Below are positions 35,987-45,231 of a stretch of DNA of 64,000 bases, piece after piece (the stretch's first letter is position 1; each line of letters opens with the position of its first letter). The stretch is from IMG/VR virus record IMGVR_UViG_3300036846_001209, positions 8,715 to 72,714 of that record. One strand, 5' to 3'. The notes beneath the pieces were generated by a model. It did not search any database. It was not told the DNA's origin and saw nothing but the letters and a program-made list of their open reading frames with translations. Both the position numbers and the translations under genes were made by a program. This DNA is from a virus.

Positions 35987-36609
35987 GTGTAGGCGAACGA
36001 GCCGCTGCCGAAGTCGCCTGGCGAACCGGCCGCGCCGATCAGCGGATTCGGGTTGCCGCCCTTGCCGCTGAAGATGCCGCCGCCGGGCATCGCGCCGCCG
36101 CCGCTGGTCCCGCCTGGGACGCCCGAGAGGTTGGTGGTGCCGCCCGAGGCGACGCCGCCCGCGCCGCCGACGCCGTTGGTCTGGCCGCCGCCGCCGGGGC
36201 CAGCCACCATGTTGAGCCCGAACGCGCTCGAGGTGATCGTCGAGGCGGTCGAGGTCTGGCCGGGGAAGGCGTTGGCGCCCTGCGCCTGACCACCTGCGCC
36301 GCCCGGCGTCAGCAGCAGCGTCAGGCTGGCGCCCCAGTTGGCCGGCGTCAGCGGGATGGTGCGCATGCAGATCGCCCCGGATCCGCCGCCGCCGCCGACG
36401 TTGCCGCCACCGTTGCCGCCGCCGCCGCCTGGTCCGCCGACCGCGGCGACCAGCTGAGAGGGCCCAACGCCGGTCACCGGGTTGCCCGGCACCGTCTCCG
36501 TGTAGGTCCCCGGCGCGCTTGTGTAGGTGTGCGTCACCGGGGTGAAGCCGCCGCCGGGCGGGCCGCCACCCGGCGCCGTCGACGTCTGCTGCCGGACGGC
36601 GAAGGTCAT
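35983..36609 (-). CDS. glycine-rich virion/tail tip protein
   Basis: GGPGGGGG..GGGGGSGA glycine-rich domain at the end of the late operon. Confidence 0.7.
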   Translation of the reverse strand: MTFAVRQQTSTAPGGGPPGGGFTPVTHTYTSAPGTYTETVPGNPVTGVGPSQLVAAVGGPGGGGGNGGGNVGGGGGSGAICMRTIPLTPANWGASLTLLLTPGGAGGQAQGANAFPGQTSTASTITSSAFGLNMVAGPGGGGQTNGVGGAGGVASGGTTNLSGVPGGTSGGGAMPGGGIFSGKGGNPNPLIGAAGSPGDFGSGSFAYT

Positions 36610-36630
36610 GGGGTAAGCATCTCAGTACGT

Positions 36631-36700
36631 GGTCCGGTGAGGCATGGCGCGGCAAGCCTAGGCGTGGCGCGGCACGGCACGGTAGGACTCGGCATGGCAA
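36631..36700 (+). repeat. degenerate pentanucleotide tandem repeat (GGCRY-like, 14 units)
   Basis: ggtcc ggtga ggcat ggcgc ggcaa gccta ggcgt ggcgc ggcac ggcac ggtag gactc ggcat ggcaa. Confidence 0.75.
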
Positions 36701-36733
36701 GGGGGGGGCGGCTTGGTTTCAGGTCGCCCCCCG

Positions 36734-37642
36734 TCACGCGAAGCCTTTCAGCAACGAGCACAACCACGTGCCGCTGGTCGCGAAGTAGCTCGCCACCAAT
36801 AAATCGACGCTGCCCGCGGGCGTCGACAGCACGCCCGCCGAGCCGCCCACCCAGCGGAAGTTGGACGGCCACATCATGGTGCGCGAGCCCGTGCCGTCCT
36901 GCGCGAGGCGCACGTTCACGGTCTGCCCGTCGATCTGGTTGGAGAACACTGGGGCGGCGCTGACGCTGGCCGACAGGATCACCGAGAAGACGTTGGAGAG
37001 CGAGCAGTCGATCGGCATCGAGGCGGCGGCGAAACTGAGCGTCTGCGTCTGGGTGGCCGCCGAGCCGCCCTGCACCACCAGCTTCGACGTCACGAAGCCG
37101 CCGATCGCGAGGTTGCCGCCGAGTGCGAGCGCACCACCGACGGTGAGGGTGTCGGTGGCGGCGACGTAGGTCAGCCCAGCATCGCCCGCGAGGCCGCCGG
37201 CGGCGTTGAACTGCACCTGACCGGGCAGGCCGCCCGCCGCGGCGGCGATGGTGTTGGCGAGGCGCCCGCCGTTGATCGGGTCGATGACCACGGTGGCGGC
37301 GTTGCCGGGCGGGATGGTTGCGACGCCGCCGCCGCTGGCCGAGCCGAAGCTGACGGCGGGCGCGCCGGCCGGCGAGGCGTTGGCGACGAAGAAGAAGCGG
37401 CCGACCCCGGCTGGGGTCTGGTAGGTGACCGGACTCGCCGGCGTGCCGGTGATCACGAGATTGGCGGCGCCGTACTGCGCCAGGGTGAGCGCGACGGTCC
37501 CCGAGGCGCCCGCGGCGTTCAGCGTGACGAGTCCGCCGAGCGCGGTGTCGATCGCCCCCATGTTGGCGTTCACCGGCCCGTCCCAGATGCCGATGTCGGT
37601 GTTGTTGGCGGGCTGGACGAGTTGGAGGTTCGGCGTCGCCAT
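36734..37642 (-). CDS. tail fibre-like protein
   Basis: MATPNLQLVQP...WDGPVNAN..ID; C-terminal QDGTGSRT..WP...LST..VDLL. Confidence 0.75.
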   Translation of the reverse strand: MATPNLQLVQPANNTDIGIWDGPVNANMGAIDTALGGLVTLNAAGASGTVALTLAQYGAANLVITGTPASPVTYQTPAGVGRFFFVANASPAGAPAVSFGSASGGGVATIPPGNAATVVIDPINGGRLANTIAAAAGGLPGQVQFNAAGGLAGDAGLTYVAATDTLTVGGALALGGNLAIGGFVTSKLVVQGGSAATQTQTLSFAAASMPIDCSLSNVFSVILSASVSAAPVFSNQIDGQTVNVRLAQDGTGSRTMMWPSNFRWVGGSAGVLSTPAGSVDLLVASYFATSGTWLCSLLKGFA

Positions 37643-39510
37643 CAGATCGCCCTTCCTGCCACCGCCAGCGCCTTCGCGACCGTGGTGTCGTCGAGGCCCA
37701 GCAGCGGCTTGGTCGCCGTGCGGCTGGCGCGCCCTTCGCGCTCGGCTCGAGCCATCAGCCGGTCGGTGAGGTCGATCACCTTGCCGCCGTCGGCGTAGCC
37801 CTGCGCAAGCTGAGTGCGCCCTTCGGCCCGCGCCCACTTCTGCTGCCCGTCCTGCATCGCGCCGTCCTCCCAGTTCAGGAAGTCCTGCACGGTGCGCATG
37901 TGCGCCAGGAACGGGTTGGCGGCGATCTGGGTGGGCGAAACGTAGTCGGAGAGCGGCTTGCCCGCGACGGATGGGTCGTCGCGCAGAGCTCGCAGCAGCC
38001 GCGGCCCACCGCCCTCGCCGAGGAAGTGGATGGTGTAGACGTTGCGCGAGGTCAGCGGCATGCCGAGGTTCTTCACTAGGCCAGCCTCGTAGTCGACGTA
38101 GTTGCGCCCCAACTGCGCGGTCAGGTTCTGCCCCTCGTCGGTCTGCCGGTACTGCTTGATCTGGTCGTCGGTCATGCCCGCCGCCTGGCGGGGATAGTCG
38201 CGCTTGTACTGCCCGACCCAGGTGTCGTTGGTCATCTGGTAGGGGCCTTGGGCGGAGGATCCTGGGTTCTTCTGACCGCCCAGACCGCCCTCGTGGTACA
38301 TGATCTGGTTGGCGATGGTGTCGTTGTCGGTATCGCCGACGCCGCCCGCAGGCGGTGCACCTGGGGCGCCCGCCCCTCCCTGATCCTGCTGATCCTGCGC
38401 ATCTTGGGCCGCCTGCTCGGCTGGCGACATCGGCTGCATGCCGCCGAACGTGCCGACCGCTGGCAGGCCTGCGGGCGGGGGCTTGCTGAGCGCCCTGTCG
38501 ATCAGGCCTGGAGCGGCGGGCGCCGCGCCGCCGCCTGGTTGATAAGGCGTCCAACGGTTTGCGGGTGGGTGAGCCTTCGGCATGAGGCCCTCGGCCACAT
38601 GCTCGCCGATCACCGTGCCAGCCCACGGACCGACGAACGGGATGTGCGCACCGACCGCGTGGCCGACGCCAGCGCCGATCGCGCCGCGGACGGCTCGGCC
38701 GACGAGCGGCATCGAGCCGACCTTGCGGATCACGCCCACACCTGCGCGCCCCGCCAGCCCGGCGCCCTTGGCGGCGAGCATCGTCGGGTCGGCCAGTTGG
38801 GCGACGCGCCCGGCCTTGGCGGCGGCGCCGAGGACATCGCCCACCACGCCTGGCGCCTTGGCCGCCAGCCCCTCGCCGCCAATCGGGAGGGTGGCGACCG
38901 TGGCGATGTCGGAGCCGATCGCGAACGGGTCGTGCTTCAGGGTGCGCTTGAAGCCTTCCACGGACCCGTAGCGGTCCGTGTACATCTTGCCGATGGCGTT
39001 GACCGCCTGCTGATGTTGCGCCTGGGCGGCGGCATTGCCCTGGTCGATCAGGCCCGCCTTCGACGCCAAGCCGGTGGCGATCGCCTTTGCGCCGGTCCAG
39101 TCCTCGCCCCAGTGCCAGGGCGCCAGCGGCGCCAGGGTCTGGTGCAGCTGATTGACGAAGCTGGTGGGCGCGTTCGCGAGCGCGCCGTGCGCGACCGAGC
39201 TCCACGACAGGTTTTCCGGCTTCGGCGGTGGCGGTGGCGGCGCACCACTGGGGCGCGGGCCTGGGCGCGGCGGCGGCGCGCGGCGCGGCATCGGCGTGCG
39301 CTCGCCTTTGAGGCGCGGCGGTCCTGGCGGCCGCGCAGGCGGCGGCGCCATCGGGTCGGCGTTGGGCGGCGGCGGACCCATCGCGTCCCAGAGCGGATCG
39401 CTGTCCGAGGCGGTGGCGGGGGCGCCGCCATCCGGCGCGGGCGCAGGCGCGGCCCCAGGATCTGGCGGCGCATCGCCCATCGCATCCCAGAGCGGATCGG
39501 CGTCGGCCAT
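37642..39510 (-). CDS. ejection/internal virion protein with lytic transglycosylase-like domain
   Basis: HEGG...KNPGSSAQGPYQMTNDTW...YTIHFLG.GG...IAANPFL. Confidence 0.75.
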   Translation of the reverse strand: MADADPLWDAMGDAPPDPGAAPAPAPDGGAPATASDSDPLWDAMGPPPPNADPMAPPPARPPGPPRLKGERTPMPRRAPPPRPGPRPSGAPPPPPPKPENLSWSSVAHGALANAPTSFVNQLHQTLAPLAPWHWGEDWTGAKAIATGLASKAGLIDQGNAAAQAQHQQAVNAIGKMYTDRYGSVEGFKRTLKHDPFAIGSDIATVATLPIGGEGLAAKAPGVVGDVLGAAAKAGRVAQLADPTMLAAKGAGLAGRAGVGVIRKVGSMPLVGRAVRGAIGAGVGHAVGAHIPFVGPWAGTVIGEHVAEGLMPKAHPPANRWTPYQPGGGAAPAAPGLIDRALSKPPPAGLPAVGTFGGMQPMSPAEQAAQDAQDQQDQGGAGAPGAPPAGGVGDTDNDTIANQIMYHEGGLGGQKNPGSSAQGPYQMTNDTWVGQYKRDYPRQAAGMTDDQIKQYRQTDEGQNLTAQLGRNYVDYEAGLVKNLGMPLTSRNVYTIHFLGEGGGPRLLRALRDDPSVAGKPLSDYVSPTQIAANPFLAHMRTVQDFLNWEDGAMQDGQQKWARAEGRTQLAQGYADGGKVIDLTDRLMARAEREGRASRTATKPLLGLDDTTVAKALAVAGRAI

Positions 39511-42500
39511 CAGAACCAGTACCGGGCGCTGCCGGTGCCGTAGCCAGCGCGGGTCTGGGTCCCGCGCGTGAGGCCCTGCTCGATGTCACGCCGGCGGTCG
39601 GGGTGCGCCATCAGGATCTCGGCGGCGCTCTGGCCGCCCGCGCCGCGCGTCATCATGCGCGCGAGCGACTTGGCGTCGGCGTCGTACATGCCGCCCGTCT
39701 CGTTCTGGAAGGCCTGCACCACCCCGATGTGGGTGCCGTACTTGGCGACGTAGGCCTGTTCGAACTGCGGGAAGTCGATGCCGCGCTGGGTCTGCGTCAT
39801 CAGGTTGGCGAGGATCTCGTTGGCCGCAGCCTTGTTGGCGGTGCTGCCGCCAGGCAGCACGGAGGCGATGGCTCGAGCCGCATCGTAGGAGTGCTGGTCG
39901 TTGGCGTGCGCCATCGTCTGGGACTGGAGGCTCTGGATCTTCGAGATGATCGCGGCAGGCGCCGTGGCTTGGTTGATATCGGGGTCGTCGCTGCCAGCCA
40001 CCATCCGGTGGAAGGTCTGGTAGAGGTTCAGCAGGTTCTGGCGCTGCTCGTAGCCCTGGCCCATCGCGCCGAGGCCGCCTGCCGGGATCGCGTTGACCGC
40101 CTGCGCGAGGAGCCGCGTCTGCTGCTGGGCGGCGGTCAGGGCGAGCGGATCTCCGTAGGCGGTTTCGGCCTGCTTGGCGTTGGTGGCTTCCTCCCCGGCC
40201 AGTTGCGGGTTCATCCCGATCATCATGCTGTTCTTCATCGCCGCGCCCTGGGCGCCGCTGACGTCGAGCGGCGCGTTCGCCGGGCCGAGCTTGGCGACGG
40301 AGGCGTCGCTGACCGACGATGGTGCGAAGCTGTAGGTGCCGCTCTTGTAGTCGGCATGGACCGGCCCGCGCGCATACCCGGCTGCAGTCGGAGTGTCGGG
40401 CGCCACCGGAGCGTTGGCGCCAGCATGGCCGCCCTGGATGGTCTGCGCGTTCGCGAGTCCTGGCGCGGCCGCGCCGCCGCCGCCGCCAGCCCCCGGCATC
40501 AGGTCGGTGCCATAGCCCCAGTGCGCGTAGTGGCCGCTCGAGGTCATGTGCGTGCGCTGGGAATCGATGCTGCCGTCGGGATTGAAGAGAGCTCCCGGGA
40601 TCTCGGTCATGCCCTGGCGCATAGCTGGCGGCAGCGTCTCGTAGCGGGTCTGGGCGGCGGTCGCCTGCCGTTCGGCGATCTCAGCTTCCTGCTGCTGCTG
40701 GGCCATGTAGGTCTTGCCGTAGGCGCCGAGGCCTTGGCTGAGCGCGAACAGCGGGTGGACGGTGGGCGTCGCGCCGATGGCGCCGATCATCGACAGGAAC
40801 GGCATCAGCCGGTCGCGGTCCCAGTGCGGATGGGCCTGGTCAGGCGCGCCAGCCGCCTCGCCGAGCAGATGCAGCGGCGCGCCGACGATGTCGCGCAGGG
40901 CGCCGCCGAAACCGCCACGACGCCCACCACCGCTCGGGGCGCTCGCAGGTGGAGCACTGTCAGGTGAGGCAGGCGCCGGGGCGGAGGTGTCGGCTGGCGC
41001 GAAGCCAGCGTCGTGGGTCACCGGCCTGACCGTGGGGTCGTCCGTCGGGTCAGGTGGCGGCGGGTCGCCGCCGTCAGCGTAGCCGACCCGCCCGCCGGTC
41101 TTCACCGGCACGCCGAAGAAAGGGAGCGCGAACTTGGCGATGTTGACGAGATCGCTGCCCATGCCGATCGCCGACCCGAGGCCGCCGCCGCCGCCCTGAC
41201 CAGGCGTCGGGGCAGTGACCAGTTTGGGATGCTGGGTTTCGGCGGTCGGGATGTTCAGCCCAGGTCCCTGCGGCTTGTAGGGGTCGTCGTTCTGCGGATT
41301 GGACGGGTCGGACGGACCGCCCATCTGCCGCGCGGCGCGGGCGAAGCCGCCGCGGGCAGCGGCGAGCGTGACGGGCGGCGCGAGGTCGCTGGCATCGACG
41401 AGGCGCGGATCCCGGGACTGGAAGGCCTCGCTCTGGATGACCGGCGCGTCGAGCGCGGGGGACGCGGCGGCGACCGGCGGCCTGCTCGACTGGAAGGCCT
41501 CGCTCTGCATCACCGGCCCCGACTGGAAGGCCTCGCTCGAGATCGGCGGCGCAAGCTGACGGGTCGGCGTCTCAAGCTGGTTCGCGGCCGCGACGTCCTC
41601 GCCGACCGCACGCCGTTGGCTCGGCTCGGTGAGCCAGCGGCCGACGCCACTCGCCTCGTCGCCGAGCCAGTTGCCGAAGCGCTGGAAGATGTTCGGGTTG
41701 TAGGCGCGCATGTTGGCGGGCGCGAAACCGCTTTGCAGATTTGAAACATCGCCGACGTCCATCGGCGTGACCGAGGCGACGTTGCCTGGCAGGCCGGTGG
41801 CGTCCGCGAGGTTCGGCGAGGCCGCGCCGGGCGCCGAAGCGGTCGGGACCTGGCTGGGACTGACGCCAGCGGCCTGCGCGGCCTGCGCGTGATGATGGGC
41901 GAGCGCGATGTGGTGGGCTGCCCGCATCGCATGCTCGATGCCGCTACCCCAGTAACCCTCATCACCGCTGGCCGTCTGCGGGCCGGGGCGGGCGGCGGGC
42001 CCCGCCGCAGCAGGTGCGCCGCCTGGCGTCGGGATCTGCGCGCCCATCGCCGCACCAGCCTCGGCGCCGCGCGCGGGCGCCAGATAGGCGTTCGCGTCGG
42101 TCACGTACTTCGGCGGCGGCGGCTTCCACCCCGGCGGATGCGGGGTCAGCCACGGCTGCCGCTGAAGCATGTTGGCGGCCGAACCCATAGCCGCCAGATC
42201 GTAAGCGCCAGCGGTCTGCGCCGCGTTGGTCGTCGCGCGCTGCATGGCCTGATGGGCGGCGACGTCCGCGTCCACCAGTTGATGGGCGCCGTGGTAGACG
42301 ACGGGCGCGGCCGCCACGCCCATCCGAAGGCCTCGAGCGACGTAGGGCGCGGTGCTGCGGATGGTCTGCACGCCCGGCACGGCGCCAAGCACTGAGCCCC
42401 GCGCGCCCACACCCAGATCGGGGGGCGCGGCGGCGGCGCGCTTGGCAGCCACGACTGCGGGATGTTGCGCCGCAGGCGTATTGAAAAACCTGGGATCGGC

Positions 42501-44171
42501 GTCCGCCGTGAGCGCCGGACCCAGATGGACCGGGGGCCGCTCGTGCGAAAGCGTCGCGACACGGTTGCGCGCTTCCTGTTCCGCGACGTCCCGGCGCCGT
42601 TGTTCAAGAGCAGCGGTCAGCCCGCCGGGCGCGCGCGCGACACGCCCACCATTGGCGAAGGGCACGTCTCCACCTCCATCGTCACCGCCGTGGTGGCCCA
42701 TCAGCTTGTCGAAGACTTCGTGGCCGAAGTGGTAGTCCTTGCTCAGGCCCTCGGCGTCGTCGGCGAAAGAGGCCGCCTCGTGGATGTCGGAGCCCAGGTT
42801 GCTCTGCGACGGCGTCGGCGCCTTGGCGACCTGTAGTTGGCCGACCGGCAGATTGGCGGCCGGGACGTAGCTCGAGCCGCCGTGCGGCGCGGCGCTGGCG
42901 CTGCTGCCGTAGAGGCCGGGGCCGCCCTGGCCCGAGAACGGGCCATACATCTGGGCTTGGGACTCCAGCAGTTGCTGGATGACCATCGGGTTGGTGCCCG
43001 CCGGGTACATGCCCCAGCCAGACATGCCGCTGCCGCCGCCGTCTGCGAACCCGGCGCGGCCGCCGACGGCGCGAGCTCGGCGCTCGGGCTCGTCGCCGTA
43101 GTTGTCGTTGGCCGCCAGCGCGAAGCCGGCCGCGGCGGCGGTCGCCCGGCCATAGTCGACTGTCAGGAAGCCGCTGGGGTGGGTGTGGACGGCTTCGGGG
43201 TGCAGCCGCGCCATCTCCTGGGCGGAGAAGCCGATGCGGGTGGTCGGGTCGCCGCGGTAGCGGAAGCGGTAGATGTTGGCGCCGTCGAAGCCCTTGCCGA
43301 CCGGGATCATGTCCTCCTTGAGGCGCTCGTCGGAGAAGATCGACTGCGGCTGCTGGGCGGTGGTGGTCGAGCCCGAGAGAGCTCCGGTCCCCTCGGCGAT
43401 GTTCGCGAGGAACTGCGCCGTCTGGAACGGGTAGGACTGCTGCTGCAGGAACTGGTTGTAGACCGCGGTCTTGCCCGCCTGCTGGGTCTGCTGCTCGACC
43501 TGGCCCGCCCCGAGTTGGGCCTGGGCGCCCGCCAGCGCGGCGCTCTGCGCTCCCGTCCCGAGTCCGGCCAGCGCCTCGCCGGTCTGCTGCACGGCAGCGC
43601 GGTTCGCCTGCTCGGCGCCCAGGCCGACGCCCTGCTGCTGCTGCGCGGTCGCCAGCGCCTGCTGGTAGGCGTCCGAGAGGATCCCCGAGTAGGTCTGCCC
43701 GGCGGCCAGTTGCTGCTGCCCGGCCAGCACCGCCGCGGCGATGCCCGAGCGGTCGCCGCCATAGGCGCCCGAGGTGATCGCGTTGCCCAGCTGACCGGCC
43801 TGCTGCTGCTGGTTCTGCTGGTTGATCAGCGCCTCGGTCGAGCCGAGTACGCTGGAGACGTACGGGTTGTAGTACTGGTTGATCGCGCCCGCATCGATCG
43901 CCGACGGATTCACCGCCTGGGATCCCGCGAGCGCGAAGCCCGTCGCCGCGCCGAAGTACGGCTGCGCCATGCCGCTGGCGGCGTTGGTATTGGCGACGCC
44001 CGCCTGCTGCGTGCCGGTCAGTGGTGCGACGAACGCCGAGGGGTCGGTCGAGTACTGCTGGAACGGGGTCTGAGCGACGTCCTGGGCGGTCTGGTTAACG
44101 GAGTTATATCGCGCCAATACTTCGGGCGGTATACTTACTTGACTAGTTGAAGTCGAAGTCTTGCCGCCCAT
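39510..44171 (-). CDS. large ejection (DNA pilot-like) protein with internal peptidase S74 chaperone domain
   Basis: MGGK..Q-rich N-terminus (YYNPYV, GAYGGDRS); FSDERLKED...IYRFRY...GFSAQE...HPEAV...VDY. Confidence 0.8.
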   Translation of the reverse strand: MGGKTSTSTSQVSIPPEVLARYNSVNQTAQDVAQTPFQQYSTDPSAFVAPLTGTQQAGVANTNAASGMAQPYFGAATGFALAGSQAVNPSAIDAGAINQYYNPYVSSVLGSTEALINQQNQQQQAGQLGNAITSGAYGGDRSGIAAAVLAGQQQLAAGQTYSGILSDAYQQALATAQQQQGVGLGAEQANRAAVQQTGEALAGLGTGAQSAALAGAQAQLGAGQVEQQTQQAGKTAVYNQFLQQQSYPFQTAQFLANIAEGTGALSGSTTTAQQPQSIFSDERLKEDMIPVGKGFDGANIYRFRYRGDPTTRIGFSAQEMARLHPEAVHTHPSGFLTVDYGRATAAAAGFALAANDNYGDEPERRARAVGGRAGFADGGGSGMSGWGMYPAGTNPMVIQQLLESQAQMYGPFSGQGGPGLYGSSASAAPHGGSSYVPAANLPVGQLQVAKAPTPSQSNLGSDIHEAASFADDAEGLSKDYHFGHEVFDKLMGHHGGDDGGGDVPFANGGRVARAPGGLTAALEQRRRDVAEQEARNRVATLSHERPPVHLGPALTADADPRFFNTPAAQHPAVVAAKRAAAAPPDLGVGARGSVLGAVPGVQTIRSTAPYVARGLRMGVAAAPVVYHGAHQLVDADVAAHQAMQRATTNAAQTAGAYDLAAMGSAANMLQRQPWLTPHPPGWKPPPPKYVTDANAYLAPARGAEAGAAMGAQIPTPGGAPAAAGPAARPGPQTASGDEGYWGSGIEHAMRAAHHIALAHHHAQAAQAAGVSPSQVPTASAPGAASPNLADATGLPGNVASVTPMDVGDVSNLQSGFAPANMRAYNPNIFQRFGNWLGDEASGVGRWLTEPSQRRAVGEDVAAANQLETPTRQLAPPISSEAFQSGPVMQSEAFQSSRPPVAAASPALDAPVIQSEAFQSRDPRLVDASDLAPPVTLAAARGGFARAARQMGGPSDPSNPQNDDPYKPQGPGLNIPTAETQHPKLVTAPTPGQGGGGGLGSAIGMGSDLVNIAKFALPFFGVPVKTGGRVGYADGGDPPPPDPTDDPTVRPVTHDAGFAPADTSAPAPASPDSAPPASAPSGGGRRGGFGGALRDIVGAPLHLLGEAAGAPDQAHPHWDRDRLMPFLSMIGAIGATPTVHPLFALSQGLGAYGKTYMAQQQQEAEIAERQATAAQTRYETLPPAMRQGMTEIPGALFNPDGSIDSQRTHMTSSGHYAHWGYGTDLMPGAGGGGGAAAPGLANAQTIQGGHAGANAPVAPDTPTAAGYARGPVHADYKSGTYSFAPSSVSDASVAKLGPANAPLDVSGAQGAAMKNSMMIGMNPQLAGEEATNAKQAETAYGDPLALTAAQQQTRLLAQAVNAIPAGGLGAMGQGYEQRQNLLNLYQTFHRMVAGSDDPDINQATAPAAIISKIQSLQSQTMAHANDQHSYDAARAIASVLPGGSTANKAAANEILANLMTQTQRGIDFPQFEQAYVAKYGTHIGVVQAFQNETGGMYDADAKSLARMMTRGAGGQSAAEILMAHPDRRRDIEQGLTRGTQTRAGYGTGSARYWF

Positions 44172-44711
44172 CTACGCGGCTCCCGCCTGCGCGCCGCGCG
44201 ACCCGGGCCAATAGATCCAGTAGGCCCCAGCCGGCTTACCCAGGACGCGCTGATAGAGGCGCACCTTAGCCGCCGTGCGGTGATTTGACAGCACCCCGAT
44301 GGAAAGCGGCAGGCCGAGGTTGTCCGCGACGTCCATCGAGAACTCCGCCAGGCGTGCTGCGCGCCCACCACGTGCGCCGCGGAAGGCGGGGTGGACGAAG
44401 ATCGCCCGCTCCTCGATATGCTCGGCGCGGCTGTACCAGACGGTGCCGACGCGCAGCAGCACGGCGCCCTCGAGCGGCCGAGATCCTGGGGCGCCGATGA
44501 CCCCGCAGATGCCCTTGTCGAGGTTCAGCGCCGCCCAGACGTCGCGCAGCACGAGGATCGGGTCGTGGGCCACGAACTCGTTCTCGACGCAGCCCATGAG
44601 CGCGAGCTCCATCACAGAATCTACTTCATCCGGGGTGGCTGTCCGAACATGTGGGCGTTCCACTTTGGTGATTTCGTCATGTTCGCTGGCGAGGTTAAGG
44701 TCATCAGCCAT
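44172..44711 (-). CDS. GNAT-fold acetyltransferase-like protein
   Basis: VRTATPDE...IFVHPAFRG...A..LY; typical position among ejection genes. Confidence 0.75.
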   Translation of the reverse strand: MADDLNLASEHDEITKVERPHVRTATPDEVDSVMELALMGCVENEFVAHDPILVLRDVWAALNLDKGICGVIGAPGSRPLEGAVLLRVGTVWYSRAEHIEERAIFVHPAFRGARGGRAARLAEFSMDVADNLGLPLSIGVLSNHRTAAKVRLYQRVLGKPAGAYWIYWPGSRGAQAGAA

Positions 44712-45231
44712 GCTGATCTCCCACGCCAAACTGCTTGAAATCGTCAACTACAACCCCGAGACGGGCGTGTTCACCGCGAGGGTAGCCAGAGATCGCGTCA
44801 GGGTCGGCGACCGTCTCGGGACACCCCGACCTCGCGGCTATCTCTATTGCATGATCTTTGGGAGGAACTACGCCCTGCATCGGCTGGCGTGGTTCTACAT
44901 GACCGGCAGATGGCCGGTGGGCCAGATCGATCACCGGAACCGCAAGAAGGCCGACAACCGCTGGCGCAACCTGCGTGATGCGACAGGAAGTCAGAACACG
45001 ATCAACTGCATCTTGCCGCCGAATAAAGCAGGCTTCAGAGGCGTCTCGATCCACCCGAGAAGGAACGGTCAGCCGCGATATCACGCCATGCTCGCACGAA
45101 CTTATCTCGGCGCTTTTGACACCGCCGAGGAGGCCTATGCCGCCTACGTCCGCGCTGCCCAGGCTCGTCATGGTGAGTTCGTTGAGCACCTCAGTCCTTC
45201 GCCGGTCCTGGCAGCCCTTTCAGGGTGCTGA
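44710..45231 (+). CDS. HNH homing endonuclease with AP2-like C-terminus, antisense to the late operon
   Basis: YNPETGVF, HRLAWFYMTG.WP..IDHRN..DNRWRNLR, GFRGVS, YLGAFDTAEEA. Confidence 0.9.
   Translation: MLISHAKLLEIVNYNPETGVFTARVARDRVRVGDRLGTPRPRGYLYCMIFGRNYALHRLAWFYMTGRWPVGQIDHRNRKKADNRWRNLRDATGSQNTINCILPPNKAGFRGVSIHPRRNGQPRYHAMLARTYLGAFDTAEEAYAAYVRAAQARHGEFVEHLSPSPVLAALSGC

Noticed and set aside
39375-39500. Duplicated DPLWDAMG coding repeat
   Set aside because: Ordinary N-terminal peptide repeat of an ejection protein.
41410-41540. Three GACTGGAAGGCCTCGCTC repeats
   Set aside because: In-frame SEAFQS peptide repeats with irregular spacing; not a CRISPR array.
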